A stretch of 64,000 bases of DNA from Patescibacteria group bacterium (GTDB taxonomy: Bacteria > Patescibacteriota > Minisyncoccia > Minisyncoccales > UBA10102), in contig JADFNM010000001.1 in the NCBI GenBank assembly GCA_022563395.1, positions 462,342 through 526,341 on the forward strand, in the 5' to 3' direction. The notes under the pieces were generated by a model. That model was given only the letters and a program-made list of their open reading frames with translations. It was not told the origin of the DNA and made no database searches. Below, one piece after another: positions 27,054 to 36,322 of the stretch. Made by a program: the position numbers and the translations under genes. Numbering within the stretch: the stretch's first letter is position 1; the number at the start of each line of letters is the position of its first letter.

Positions 27054-27081
27054 TTGATTTTTTGGCGATTCGTGATACAGT
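27054..27081 (+). promoter_or_regulatory. Promoter TTGATT-16-TACAGT, -10 ends 6 nt before the rpsO ATG
   Basis: Read directly from the sequence. Confidence 0.45.
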
Positions 27082-27087
27082 GCAGCT

Positions 27088-27354
27088 ATGCTCACTACAA
27101 AAGACAAGGAAAAACTGATTGAAAAATACAAGATTCATACCACAGACTCAGGGTCCCCCGAGGTTCAGATTGCCTTAATTACCGAGGAAATCAAGCGGCT
27201 GCTCTCACACTTAAAAAAGCATCCCAAGGACTTTCATTCAAAAAGGGGTCTTTTGAAAACCGTGGCAAAAAGGAGAACTCTCCTGGCATATCTCAAGCAG
27301 GAGAGCGTGAGACGCTACAACAGCCTTATTAAAAAGATTGGATTGAAAAAGTAA
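27088..27354 (+). CDS. rpsO: 30S ribosomal protein S15
   Basis: 88 aa; [33 protein letters not shown]. Confidence 0.95.
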   Translation: MLTTKDKEKLIEKYKIHTTDSGSPEVQIALITEEIKRLLSHLKKHPKDFHSKRGLLKTVAKRRTLLAYLKQESVRRYNSLIKKIGLKK

Positions 27355-27358
27355 TAGA

Positions 27359-27892
27359 ATGCCCATTAAAAACAAGGATCAGCGCGTCGCTATCTTTATT
27401 GACGTTCAGAACCTATATCATTCAGCAAAGAACCTCTATCAGGCAAGAGTGAACTTCCGGGAGATCTTGAAAACCGCAACGGCTGGCAGAATGCTCATTC
27501 GGGCCATGGCCTATGTAGTAAAAACCAAAACAGGGGAAGAAAAACCTTTTTTTGATGCCTTGCTTGGCCTTGGCATTGAAACCAGGGTAAAAGACCTTCA
27601 AGAATACTATGGGGGCTTAAAAAAGGCAGACTGGGATGTTGGTATCGCAGTAGATGCCATTAAAAACTCGGGGGGGGTAGATGTTATTGTCTTAATCTCC
27701 GGGGACGGGGACTATGTTCCTTTGGTGGAGTATCTTAAAAACCACGGCAAACGCGTGGAGGCCCTGGCTTTTGGAAAATCCACCTCCACCAAACTGCGTG
27801 AATCAGTGGATGAGTTTATCGACCTGGGAGAGGATTCTGGAAAATATCTTTTAAAGAAATCACGATGGCCAGCAATCAGGATTATAAAATAA
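27359..27892 (+). CDS. NYN/LabA-like domain protein (putative RNase)
   Basis: VAIFIDVQNLYHSAK..ISGDGDYVPLVEYLK pattern of NYN/LabA domains. Confidence 0.7.
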   Translation: MPIKNKDQRVAIFIDVQNLYHSAKNLYQARVNFREILKTATAGRMLIRAMAYVVKTKTGEEKPFFDALLGLGIETRVKDLQEYYGGLKKADWDVGIAVDAIKNSGGVDVIVLISGDGDYVPLVEYLKNHGKRVEALAFGKSTSTKLRESVDEFIDLGEDSGKYLLKKSRWPAIRIIK

Positions 27893-30000
27893 AACTCGGA
27901 GAAAAGGAGATTTCTTTTGAATTAACCTCCCTTGCTGAGCAGGCAAACGGGAAGGTTTTGGTCAGAATGGGAGATACCGTGGCTTTGGTAACAGCTGTCA
28001 TGTCCCGCCAATCCTTAGACAATCTCCCCTTTTTCCCCTTAACCGTAGAGTATGAAGAGCGATTCTACGCTGCAGGGAAAATCCTGGGTTCGCGCTACAT
28101 GCGAAGGGAAGGAAGGCCCTCGGATGAGGCGGTGATTACGGCCCGCTTAATTGACCGCGCCATTCGCCCCTTGTTCCCCAAAGGATTCAACCGCGAAGTT
28201 CAGGTTATCTGCACCGTGCTTTCCTGGGACGCAACAAACGACCCCGACGTTATGGGGTTAATGGGAGCTTCCTTGGCGCTTTCAACTTCTAACATTCCTT
28301 TTGCAGGACCTGTTGGAGTTGTTCGTATTGGCAACATAGATGGAAAGTTTGTCTTGAACCCAACCTATGAAGAACGCTCAAAGAGCGACCTCGACTTTGT
28401 GTTGGCAGCTACAGCTAAAAAGGGAGAAGTTCTCTTTAATATGATAGAGGCAGAGGGGCAGGAGGTGCCAGAAGACGTATTTCAAGAAGCCCTGGAGTTT
28501 GCAGAGCCCCACCTGTTGTCGCAAATTGAGTTTCAGGAAAAGATTGCAAAAGAACAAGGAAAAGAAAAAGTGCCTTTTGAGGCACCGGGAAGCGATAACG
28601 AACTTGTCCGGGAATGCAAAGAGTTTCTAGGAGAAAAGTTAAAAGAAGCTTTGTTTACAGGAGAAAAGCCTTTACGAATGGAAGCTGTCAATGATCTAAA
28701 GGCAGAGCTCGCCTACTATATTGAGGGCAAGTTTCCAGGACAGGAAAAGGCAAACCCTGCAAAGGACTACTTTGAGTCTGAAATTGACGCCGCGGTTCAC
28801 GAAGCAGCACTCAAGGAAGGAAAGCGCGTAGATGACAGAAAGTTAGATGAAGTAAGAGAGCTTTCAGGAGAGGTTGGGCTTCTCCCCCGCACTCACGGCT
28901 CAGGACTCTTTGTGCGCGAGCGCACCAAAACCCTCTCCATTCTCACCCTGGGAGCGCCCGGAGACCAGAGGCTTATGGAAGGCATGGAGTTTATTGGAAA
29001 GAAACGCTTCATGCACCATTACAACTTTCCTCCGTATGCGCCAGGCGAGGTAAAACCCATGCGGGGCCCCGGAAGACGAGATATTGGCCACGGCTTGCTG
29101 GCTGAAAAAGCCCTCCTTCCCATTATTCCTTCTGTTGACCAGTTCCCCTATACCATTCGCATTGTGACAGAGGTTGTCTCCTCCAACGGCTCCACCTCCA
29201 TGGCTGCGGTCTGCTCCTCCGCGCTTGCCTTGTTGGATGCCGGAGTTCCCATCAAAAGACCGGTTGCCGGCATCTCAATGGGAGTAATGATGGCAGAAAA
29301 CGGCAAGGGTTACGCACTCTTAACTGACATTCAAGGGCCAGAAGACCACCATGGAGACATGGACTTTAAGGTGGCAGGAACCAAAGAAGGAATTACTGCA
29401 ATTCAGATGGACGTGAAAGTACAAGGCATTAGCAAACAAATATTTAAGGAAGCCCTGGCTGCTGCAAAAGAAGTCAGGTTTAAGATTTTAGATAATGTTA
29501 TTGAAAAACTGCTGCCCGAGCAAAGAAGGGAGCTTTCACCCTTTGCCCCTCGCATTATTATTCTTAAAATTAAGCCTGAAAAAATTGGCATGGTTATTGG
29601 CCCTGGAGGAAAAACCATCAACAAGATTATGGACGAAACCGGAGTAGAAATTGACATTGACGATTCGGGCGAAGTTTTCATTACGACAGACGACCCAGAA
29701 ATGGCAAAAAAGGCCTCTGACATGGTACAAGGTATTGTAAAAGAGGTTGAGGTGGGAGAACTGTATGAAGGAAAAGTAAAGAAGATAATGGACTTTGGCG
29801 CATTCGTTGAAATACTTCCGGGTCACGATGGCTTGGTCCACATTTCCCAACTTGCCAATGAACGAGTTGAGAAGGTGACCGACGTGGTAAACGTGGGAGA
29901 CAGTATCACCGTAAAGGTTATCAAGATAGATGACCTCGGGAGAATTGATCTTTCTTTGAAAGAGGCAAAAAAAGCGAGTAGCAAAATGCCAGCACAATAG
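27865..30000 (+). CDS. pnp: Polynucleotide phosphorylase
   Basis: Two RNase PH domains, KH (IGPGGKTINKI) and S1 (GELYEGKVKKIMDFGAFVEI). Confidence 0.95.
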   Translation: MASNQDYKIKLGEKEISFELTSLAEQANGKVLVRMGDTVALVTAVMSRQSLDNLPFFPLTVEYEERFYAAGKILGSRYMRREGRPSDEAVITARLIDRAIRPLFPKGFNREVQVICTVLSWDATNDPDVMGLMGASLALSTSNIPFAGPVGVVRIGNIDGKFVLNPTYEERSKSDLDFVLAATAKKGEVLFNMIEAEGQEVPEDVFQEALEFAEPHLLSQIEFQEKIAKEQGKEKVPFEAPGSDNELVRECKEFLGEKLKEALFTGEKPLRMEAVNDLKAELAYYIEGKFPGQEKANPAKDYFESEIDAAVHEAALKEGKRVDDRKLDEVRELSGEVGLLPRTHGSGLFVRERTKTLSILTLGAPGDQRLMEGMEFIGKKRFMHHYNFPPYAPGEVKPMRGPGRRDIGHGLLAEKALLPIIPSVDQFPYTIRIVTEVVSSNGSTSMAAVCSSALALLDAGVPIKRPVAGISMGVMMAENGKGYALLTDIQGPEDHHGDMDFKVAGTKEGITAIQMDVKVQGISKQIFKEALAAAKEVRFKILDNVIEKLLPEQRRELSPFAPRIIILKIKPEKIGMVIGPGGKTINKIMDETGVEIDIDDSGEVFITTDDPEMAKKASDMVQGIVKEVEVGELYEGKVKKIMDFGAFVEILPGHDGLVHISQLANERVEKVTDVVNVGDSITVKVIKIDDLGRIDLSLKEAKKASSKMPAQ

Positions 30001-30026
30001 TTTCTTCATTAAATTAAAGAGATAGC

Positions 30027-31220
30027 ATGGACGCACCAAAACAGCCAGCATCCCAGCCAAATCAACAACCCCCTGACGAGAAGTTGGAGTTTTTAAAAAG
30101 AGAAGAGGTTCGCACCATGGCAAAGGACATTGCCAAGGTCAGAGAAGTGGAGGCGAAAAAAGAGCAAGAGCGCATAGCAAACTTTAAAAAAGAAGCGAAA
30201 CTGCCAAAGAAGCCTCAAGTGGTACTCTCCCAACACCCCGAAGGAAAACTCAGGACGATTTCTAACGGCTCCGCAGGAACTCCGCCTGCCCTGGGTACTT
30301 TCCAACGGCTCCGCGGCCTGCCTGCGCAGGCAGGGAGCTCCGCCGAAAGTGCCCGTCCAAGTCAAGCAGTTGACTCGGACCCCGGGGGAACAACGCAGCT
30401 GACTCCAGCCCCAGAACAGCCTTTGATGCAAAGACGTCATCCCAGGCGCTCCGAAAAGCTGTTCATTCGCCTGGTGCTAGGTGGGATTATCTTGTTTCTG
30501 CTCTTTAATGCGGTGGCCTTTGGGTTCTGGTACTTTTTTCAGAAAGAGGCGGAGCCAAGGCTCGAACCAACGAGTGAACAGGTTGAAGAGCCCACTCTGG
30601 CGGAACCAACACCCCCACCTCCCCCCCAGCCAGAGGCTGGTCCGTCTCAGGCGGAACCCCCAATATCCTTTTTTGAAGCGCCAGAGCAAGAACTCTTAAT
30701 TGAGTCCCCAGGAGAGCTCCTTTCCAAACTTCAGGACTTTCTTGGTGGAGTCCCAGCTCTCGGGTTCACCAATCTTGCGGTAAAAACACAAGGGGATATT
30801 CTTTCTCTTAAAGACTTCCTGCAGGGAGCGGAGATCACAATACCCCAAGAACTCAAAGGAAAGCTCGCAGAAAACCTCATGCTCTTTTCCTACGTTGCAG
30901 AAGACAAAAAGCGCCTTGGATTTGTTGCAAAGCTTAAAGAAACAGAGGGTGTATCAGGACTTTTGCAGTCATGGGAGCAAAGCAACATGGAGCAGGACCT
31001 GGCTTCTTTCTTTGACATTATTGAAAGAAAGGGGTCAGCCTACACTCCCTTCTTTCGTTCCGCCACTTACCAGGGAGTGCAAGTTCGCTTTCAGACCTTT
31101 TCTGTGACAGACTTTGGGATTGTGTATGGTGTTCTCGATAACAAATTACTACTCACCAGCTCATTTGAGAGTTTCCAGAGGGCGGTTGACCAACTTAAGG
31201 CATCAAGACCAGAACCTTAG
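30027..31220 (+). CDS. Hypothetical membrane protein with a Pro-rich region
   Basis: 397-aa ORF with one central TM helix, a low-complexity N-terminal half and a PPPPQPE tract. Confidence 0.5.
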   Translation: MDAPKQPASQPNQQPPDEKLEFLKREEVRTMAKDIAKVREVEAKKEQERIANFKKEAKLPKKPQVVLSQHPEGKLRTISNGSAGTPPALGTFQRLRGLPAQAGSSAESARPSQAVDSDPGGTTQLTPAPEQPLMQRRHPRRSEKLFIRLVLGGIILFLLFNAVAFGFWYFFQKEAEPRLEPTSEQVEEPTLAEPTPPPPPQPEAGPSQAEPPISFFEAPEQELLIESPGELLSKLQDFLGGVPALGFTNLAVKTQGDILSLKDFLQGAEITIPQELKGKLAENLMLFSYVAEDKKRLGFVAKLKETEGVSGLLQSWEQSNMEQDLASFFDIIERKGSAYTPFFRSATYQGVQVRFQTFSVTDFGIVYGVLDNKLLLTSSFESFQRAVDQLKASRPEP

Positions 31221-31294
31221 GATATAAACCACCATATTAATAAATCAATAATTTCATCAAGGTGCGCTGCGCACATTGATTTATTAGTACCAGG

Positions 31295-31657
31295 GTGAAC
31301 AAGAAATCAATTACAAAAACACAGCAGAAGTTAGAAGAGAAAAAGAAACAGCTGGAGCAAGAGCTGTCTTCTTTTGCTACCAAAGACCCCAATGTGAAAG
31401 GGGACTGGGACACCAAGTACCCCCGTGTTCCAGAGGGGGACCTAGAGGATGCTGCAGGAGAAGTAGAAGAATACTCCACCAAGCTTCACATTGAGTTTAG
31501 TTTAGAAAAGCAGCTTAAAGAGGTGAACAACGCTTTGGAGCGCATTGCAAAAGGGCAGTATGGAATGTGTGAGAACTGCAGCAAGGAAATTCCAGAAGAA
31601 CGGCTCCTTGCCATACCAGAATCACGGCATTGCACGGAGTGTACAGCAAAGCAATAA
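31295..31657 (+). CDS. DksA/TraR-family C4 zinc-finger protein (GTG start)
   Basis: Coiled-coil N-terminus, and C-terminal CENC..(17 aa)..CTEC. Confidence 0.7.
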   Translation: MNKKSITKTQQKLEEKKKQLEQELSSFATKDPNVKGDWDTKYPRVPEGDLEDAAGEVEEYSTKLHIEFSLEKQLKEVNNALERIAKGQYGMCENCSKEIPEERLLAIPESRHCTECTAKQ

Positions 31658-31692
31658 CAAAAAAGACCCTGGGTTTTGCCCGGGGCCTTGTT

Positions 31693-32658
31693 TTATCGGA
31701 ATGGATTCGCTGCGCCTCTCACCTCAAAGTGAACGTGGCATCCCGTGGCATACCCAGTGCGCCCCGTATATCCAACAAGCTGCCCTTGGTATACTTTTGT
31801 TCCGGGGGTTGTGAGAATTGCTGAAAGATGCCCATAATAGGTCACCACGCCGTTGGGATGAATGATGCGAACATAGTTTCCTCCCAAGGATGTATATCCG
31901 GTTCTCTGCACGGTTCCTCCAGCTGCTGCATACACCGATTCCCCGCATATTCCGTTGGAAAAGTCCACTGCATTAAAGGCGTGCAGTCCTTGGGTGATGT
32001 GGTAGGGGGAAGGAACCGGGTAGATGAAGTAGGAGTTGGCAAGAGGAGTGAGTCTGCCTTGGGGAAGAACCGAGGGTTGAATACCGTCTGGAATAATCAA
32101 GAAGTCTCCTGCAAAAATGGCAGAAGAGGATTCCAGGGCATTAAAGGAAACAATCTCTTTAACTTCAGCTTGGTACCAGCTTGCAATCTCGCTTAAAGTA
32201 TCGTTGGGGCGCACCAGGTGCAGAGCACCGATGGTGGGCAGGATTACAAGCTCATGGCCTGGTTTTAATGTGGAGCTTTGAGACAGGTCGTTTGCCCAGA
32301 GAATGGTGTTCAAAGAAACCCCAAACTGCTCTGCCACGCTTGCCGTGGTATCTTCTTTCTGTACAATATATCTTGCAACCTCGGGGCGAATATCAGCTTC
32401 CAGTTGCCCCATAATGGCTCCTAGCACCTGAGGAGTTATGGTCAAAGGAGGGGTGGCGGCCCGAAGGGTATTGTGCGCCACAAACATTAACTCGGGGGTT
32501 TCTGGAGCCGGAGCCTGCTTAGAAGAAAGTTCAAAAGCAGAAAGAACATTGGATCTAAGGCCTAGGTCTCCTGGCCCCTCTATGGTGCGAAAACTCAATA
32601 TGAGCAACAAAAAAGTAGCGATCACAGCTACATATAAAAGAGGGCTAGCGGTTTTCAT
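31693..32658 (-). CDS. LysM-domain M23 metallopeptidase
   Basis: Two LysM-like segments (YIVQKEDT..; HLVRPNDTLSEIA), and M23 motifs HxxxD-like AVDF plus YGHL..GCHVHFEV. Confidence 0.85.
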   Translation of the reverse strand: MKTASPLLYVAVIATFLLLILSFRTIEGPGDLGLRSNVLSAFELSSKQAPAPETPELMFVAHNTLRAATPPLTITPQVLGAIMGQLEADIRPEVARYIVQKEDTTASVAEQFGVSLNTILWANDLSQSSTLKPGHELVILPTIGALHLVRPNDTLSEIASWYQAEVKEIVSFNALESSSAIFAGDFLIIPDGIQPSVLPQGRLTPLANSYFIYPVPSPYHITQGLHAFNAVDFSNGICGESVYAAAGGTVQRTGYTSLGGNYVRIIHPNGVVTYYGHLSAILTTPGTKVYQGQLVGYTGRTGYATGCHVHFEVRGAANPFR

Positions 32659-32723
32659 ACCTATTGTCCCATGTTACGCTCACTGACCTCAAAGTCAATA
32701 TCTGTATCCACACCCCTAAAACA

Positions 32724-33548
32724 ATGGATTTATACTCAATAAAAACTATAAAAGAGCTTCTAAGAGCATACAATACAATCCCAAAGGAACGCCTTGGTCA
32801 GAACTTCTTGTTGGAAAAAAGGGTGGCTTCAAAGATGCTCAAGGCAACAGAGATCTCTCAAAAAGACATCGTTCTTGAGATAGGGCCGGGGATTGGGACT
32901 TTAACCCAAGAACTCGCTCAAAAAGCAAAACGAGTCATTGCCGTAGAAAAAGACCCTACCATGGTAAAGATTCTCAGGGAAACCACCGGAGCCCTCCCCA
33001 ATATAGAGATTATCCAAGCTGACATCCTCAAGCTAAACTTAGCTAGACTAAGTTACTCAAAGGTGGTGGCAAACCTTCCTTATTATATTACCTCGCCTGT
33101 AATACGCATGTTCCTTGAAGCAAAGAACAAGCCAGAGCTCATGGTGTTTATGGTGCAAAAAGAGGTTGCGCAAAGGATTTGTGCCAAGCCCCCAGACATG
33201 AATCTGCTGGCTGTGTCCGTACAGTTTTACGCTGAACCAAAAATCGTTTCCTTTGTGCGCAAGGGTGCTTTTTGGCCTCAGCCTAAGGTGGATTCTGCTA
33301 TTGTAAAGATTGTGCCAAAAAATGAGTTACCTTTTGTGGATCCTGGTCTTTTCTTTCGTATTGTGAAAGCGGGCTTTAAACAACCAAGAAAGCAGCTAGG
33401 AAACAACCTCGCGCAAGGACTCAAACTTTCAAGAGAAGAAATAGAAACTTGGCTTAACCAAGGGGATATTCAACCAACGCAGAGGGCCGAAACCCTTTCA
33501 CTTACAGACTGGGTAGTGCTCGCAAAATCTCTTCCAAAGTCTACCTAA
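32724..33548 (+). CDS. rsmA: 16S rRNA (adenine1518/1519-N6)-dimethyltransferase
   Basis: LGQNFL and VLEIGPGIGTLT SAM motifs. Start at the ATG at 32724. Confidence 0.9.
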   Translation: MDLYSIKTIKELLRAYNTIPKERLGQNFLLEKRVASKMLKATEISQKDIVLEIGPGIGTLTQELAQKAKRVIAVEKDPTMVKILRETTGALPNIEIIQADILKLNLARLSYSKVVANLPYYITSPVIRMFLEAKNKPELMVFMVQKEVAQRICAKPPDMNLLAVSVQFYAEPKIVSFVRKGAFWPQPKVDSAIVKIVPKNELPFVDPGLFFRIVKAGFKQPRKQLGNNLAQGLKLSREEIETWLNQGDIQPTQRAETLSLTDWVVLAKSLPKST

Positions 33549-33585
33549 ACGAGATTTAGGTGTGGATAACTAAATCTCGTTTAGG
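33544..33585. repeat. Hairpin-family copy (paired, CCTAAACGAGATTTAGG .. CTAAATCTCGTTTAGG)
   Basis: Same sequence as the in-frame palindrome in cca, with a 9-nt spacer. Overlaps the rsmA stop. Confidence 0.85.
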
Positions 33586-33615
33586 CAGAACGGGAGAATC
33601 TGGTACAATAAAACA

Positions 33616-36249
33616 ATGCGATTTATTGTAATTGGTTTGGTATTGAGCGTTCTTGTTTTTGTTCCTCAATTTGCTGTTGCAAACACAGCTCCGGTGGCAA
33701 ATGCAAATGGGCCCTATGAAGAGACGATAGGAAAACCTATTATATTTGATGGCTCAGCTTCCTCTGACGCAGACGGGGATTTCTTGACGTCGTATAGCTG
33801 GGACTTTGGGGATGAAGCTACAGGAACTGGCAGATTTTCTTTTCATGTATACGCTGCCCCCGGAATCTATACAGTAACTCTTGTAGTACATGACGGCACA
33901 GAAAACTCGGCCCCTGCAACAACAGAAGCAGTAATAGGGTTGGCTCCGCCAAGCAACCCGGTCTTGCCTAAAGAGGATGCGGGCTCGGTGGCGTTCCCCT
34001 TAATTCTTGAATGGGAAGAGGTAGAAAATGCCAAGTCGTATTTCTATAACATTTTCCCCATGGAAGAGGCCTTTTCGGTCTCAGATACAAAAAGCGGACC
34101 CCTGCCAAACGAGGTTTTGGAGTTCCTCTCCCCAAAAATCTATGAGGAGTACAAAAGGCAGTGCAAGCAAGAAAAAGGAGGGGCATGCTCAGATGAAGAC
34201 ATCCAGCGGGTTATTGTAAGGGAGCAAACCTACCCTTGGAGGGTAAAGGCGTGCACCGTTCCAAATCCTTCCGCCCCAGACGACGCCTCTTGCGGGCCCT
34301 ACAGCGATCCACCTTGGAGTTTTGTATATATCCCCCAACCCCCAGAAAACTTAGAAGAACCGAGCCCAGGTTCTTCGGGCGTTACCCTGCCCGTAAAGCT
34401 GGGGTGGACAGGAGTTGAGAATGTAGGTTCCTATGTTATTGATGTGCGGCTTGACATTGGCTGCAGCGTTATAGACAACATTGTAGGGTTCTTTACTGGA
34501 GGAGATTGCGACCCTCTGAACTTCTTTATAGAATCGGTCCTTGACTGGTTTGGGTTTGGAGAAAACTATGACCCATCCTGCCCTTGGAATTTGTGGAATA
34601 AGAACACGCAAGAATGCGTGCCCCTGCCCATCCTCCCTCGACTCAACAATGAAGACCCTCCAGTAGAAGAGTTGACCCCTCAATACCAAGATGCGGAACA
34701 AAAAATCTTGAAGATAAAAATTCCGGGGGTAGGTGATGTAGGAGATACGGTAGAAGGCCAATGCGTGTTTCCCAAAAATGCATCCTATAAAATCACCATC
34801 GCAAGTTGTCTGGATAAACAGGCACAAATCTGTGGGGAGTGGAGCGATGAATGGAAGTTTTCAACCGGAGCCAACAGAGAAGACGGTTCTTCATACGAAT
34901 TGCCGACTCCCACCCATATTGAACCAGAGTACGAACTGGGCAAACCCTTGCCTGTTGTAGGCAAAAACGCCTTGCTCAAATGGGAGGCGCAGAATTGTGT
35001 GCATTACGTGCGCCTCTTCGTTTCTCCTGTTGGGGGCAGTCCCATCATTAAAGAAATCTTGCCAAACTTTGAAAGCGCAGACCTTTCCCGAGAACAGTTT
35101 AAAAAGCTTTGGGACGAACCTTCCGACTTAGACAAAGAGTATGTATGGAATCTAGAGCCTTGCTGGCGAGTAGTGGATGATATATTTTGTGAAGGAGTGT
35201 TTAGCAACGAGTGGTATTTTAAAACCATTGGAGAACCACCTCTCCTTGAAACTCCAGAGAATGGCGAGTTTATGAAAGTTCCAAGTCAACTTTCTTGGAA
35301 AGGCATTGGCGGAGTAGAATCCTACAAAATAGAGATTGCTTCTGATGAAGAATTTGAAAACATTGTAAAGGAAGAAAGTGTGATACTGGGGAACACCTTT
35401 GTTGTTCTTTTTGAAGATGGTTTTCGACCAGACAACCAGTATTGGTGGCATGTGGCATCCTGCGCAGATACAGAGGGGGAAGTATGTGGAAACAACTGGA
35501 GCGAAGAAAGAAGCTTTCGTACTCATCCCTTACTTCCTCCTACCAATCCAAACCCGGGGGACGAAGGAGAAATGTTAATCCCAGGAAGCATCTCGTGGCA
35601 GCCAGATCCCGGAGCTTCCTATTATCAATACCAAATCTCGTATGCCTTACTCGCTCCAGACGAAACGCTTGAGGGGTGCGCAGAAAAAGAAGGGACGCAA
35701 ATTATTCCAAGACCAGGGGATACTCCTCCTATCACAAACCAAACTTCCTTTTATTTGAGTGAGCGCTGTACCGGAGAATACAATTGGAAAGTTCAATCTT
35801 GTGCGGATAAAGATTGCGCTATAAACAGTGACGATACCGAGGATTGGACAGCAACCCCGCTCTGGAGCTTTACTGCACAAGAACTCCCCGTGGAAGAACG
35901 CTTTGGTTTGGTCCCTTGCGGAAGAAACTCCAACAACCCCAAAACTCCGTACAATGAAAAAGAAGCATGTGGGGTAAAACACGTGGGCTTTCTTCTGCAA
36001 AACATCTTGGACTTTGTGCTATGGAAACTGTCTCTCATTATTCTTGCCGTCTTGGCGGTGTTTGTGGCAGCATCAACTTACTTCTCTTTTGGAAGGCCTG
36101 ATGTCATAACGCGTATTCGCTCTGTGTTTCGCTCTTACTTCTATGGTGTTCTCATTCTTCTCTTTGCCTGGCTCATTGTGAATATCATCATGGCGGTGCT
36201 TGGCTTTAACGTTAACTTCTTTGGCAATTGGTATGAAATACCATTTTAA
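33616..36249 (+). CDS. Giant secreted PKD/repeat protein ending in a VirB2-like pilin module
   Basis: Signal peptide; PKD signature (SWDFGDE..YTVTLVVHDG); at least 5 Cys/Trp repeats ending W.F(K/R/S)T. C-terminus is GLVPCG plus two TM helices. TGgTACAAT -10 lies 6 nt before the ATG. Confidence 0.65.
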   Translation: MRFIVIGLVLSVLVFVPQFAVANTAPVANANGPYEETIGKPIIFDGSASSDADGDFLTSYSWDFGDEATGTGRFSFHVYAAPGIYTVTLVVHDGTENSAPATTEAVIGLAPPSNPVLPKEDAGSVAFPLILEWEEVENAKSYFYNIFPMEEAFSVSDTKSGPLPNEVLEFLSPKIYEEYKRQCKQEKGGACSDEDIQRVIVREQTYPWRVKACTVPNPSAPDDASCGPYSDPPWSFVYIPQPPENLEEPSPGSSGVTLPVKLGWTGVENVGSYVIDVRLDIGCSVIDNIVGFFTGGDCDPLNFFIESVLDWFGFGENYDPSCPWNLWNKNTQECVPLPILPRLNNEDPPVEELTPQYQDAEQKILKIKIPGVGDVGDTVEGQCVFPKNASYKITIASCLDKQAQICGEWSDEWKFSTGANREDGSSYELPTPTHIEPEYELGKPLPVVGKNALLKWEAQNCVHYVRLFVSPVGGSPIIKEILPNFESADLSREQFKKLWDEPSDLDKEYVWNLEPCWRVVDDIFCEGVFSNEWYFKTIGEPPLLETPENGEFMKVPSQLSWKGIGGVESYKIEIASDEEFENIVKEESVILGNTFVVLFEDGFRPDNQYWWHVASCADTEGEVCGNNWSEERSFRTHPLLPPTNPNPGDEGEMLIPGSISWQPDPGASYYQYQISYALLAPDETLEGCAEKEGTQIIPRPGDTPPITNQTSFYLSERCTGEYNWKVQSCADKDCAINSDDTEDWTATPLWSFTAQELPVEERFGLVPCGRNSNNPKTPYNEKEACGVKHVGFLLQNILDFVLWKLSLIILAVLAVFVAASTYFSFGRPDVITRIRSVFRSYFYGVLILLFAWLIVNIIMAVLGFNVNFFGNWYEIPF

Positions 36250-36255
36250 ACACAT

Positions 36256-36272
36256 CCTTAATTTCATTTAGG
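36256..36272. repeat. Hairpin-family copy CCTTAATTTCATTTAGG
   Basis: Lies 51-67 nt upstream of the ATG at 36323. Confidence 0.8.
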
Positions 36273-36322
36273 AACTATGGCTTTCCATTTTCACCCTCTC
36301 TGGGATATAATATAATAACCAT

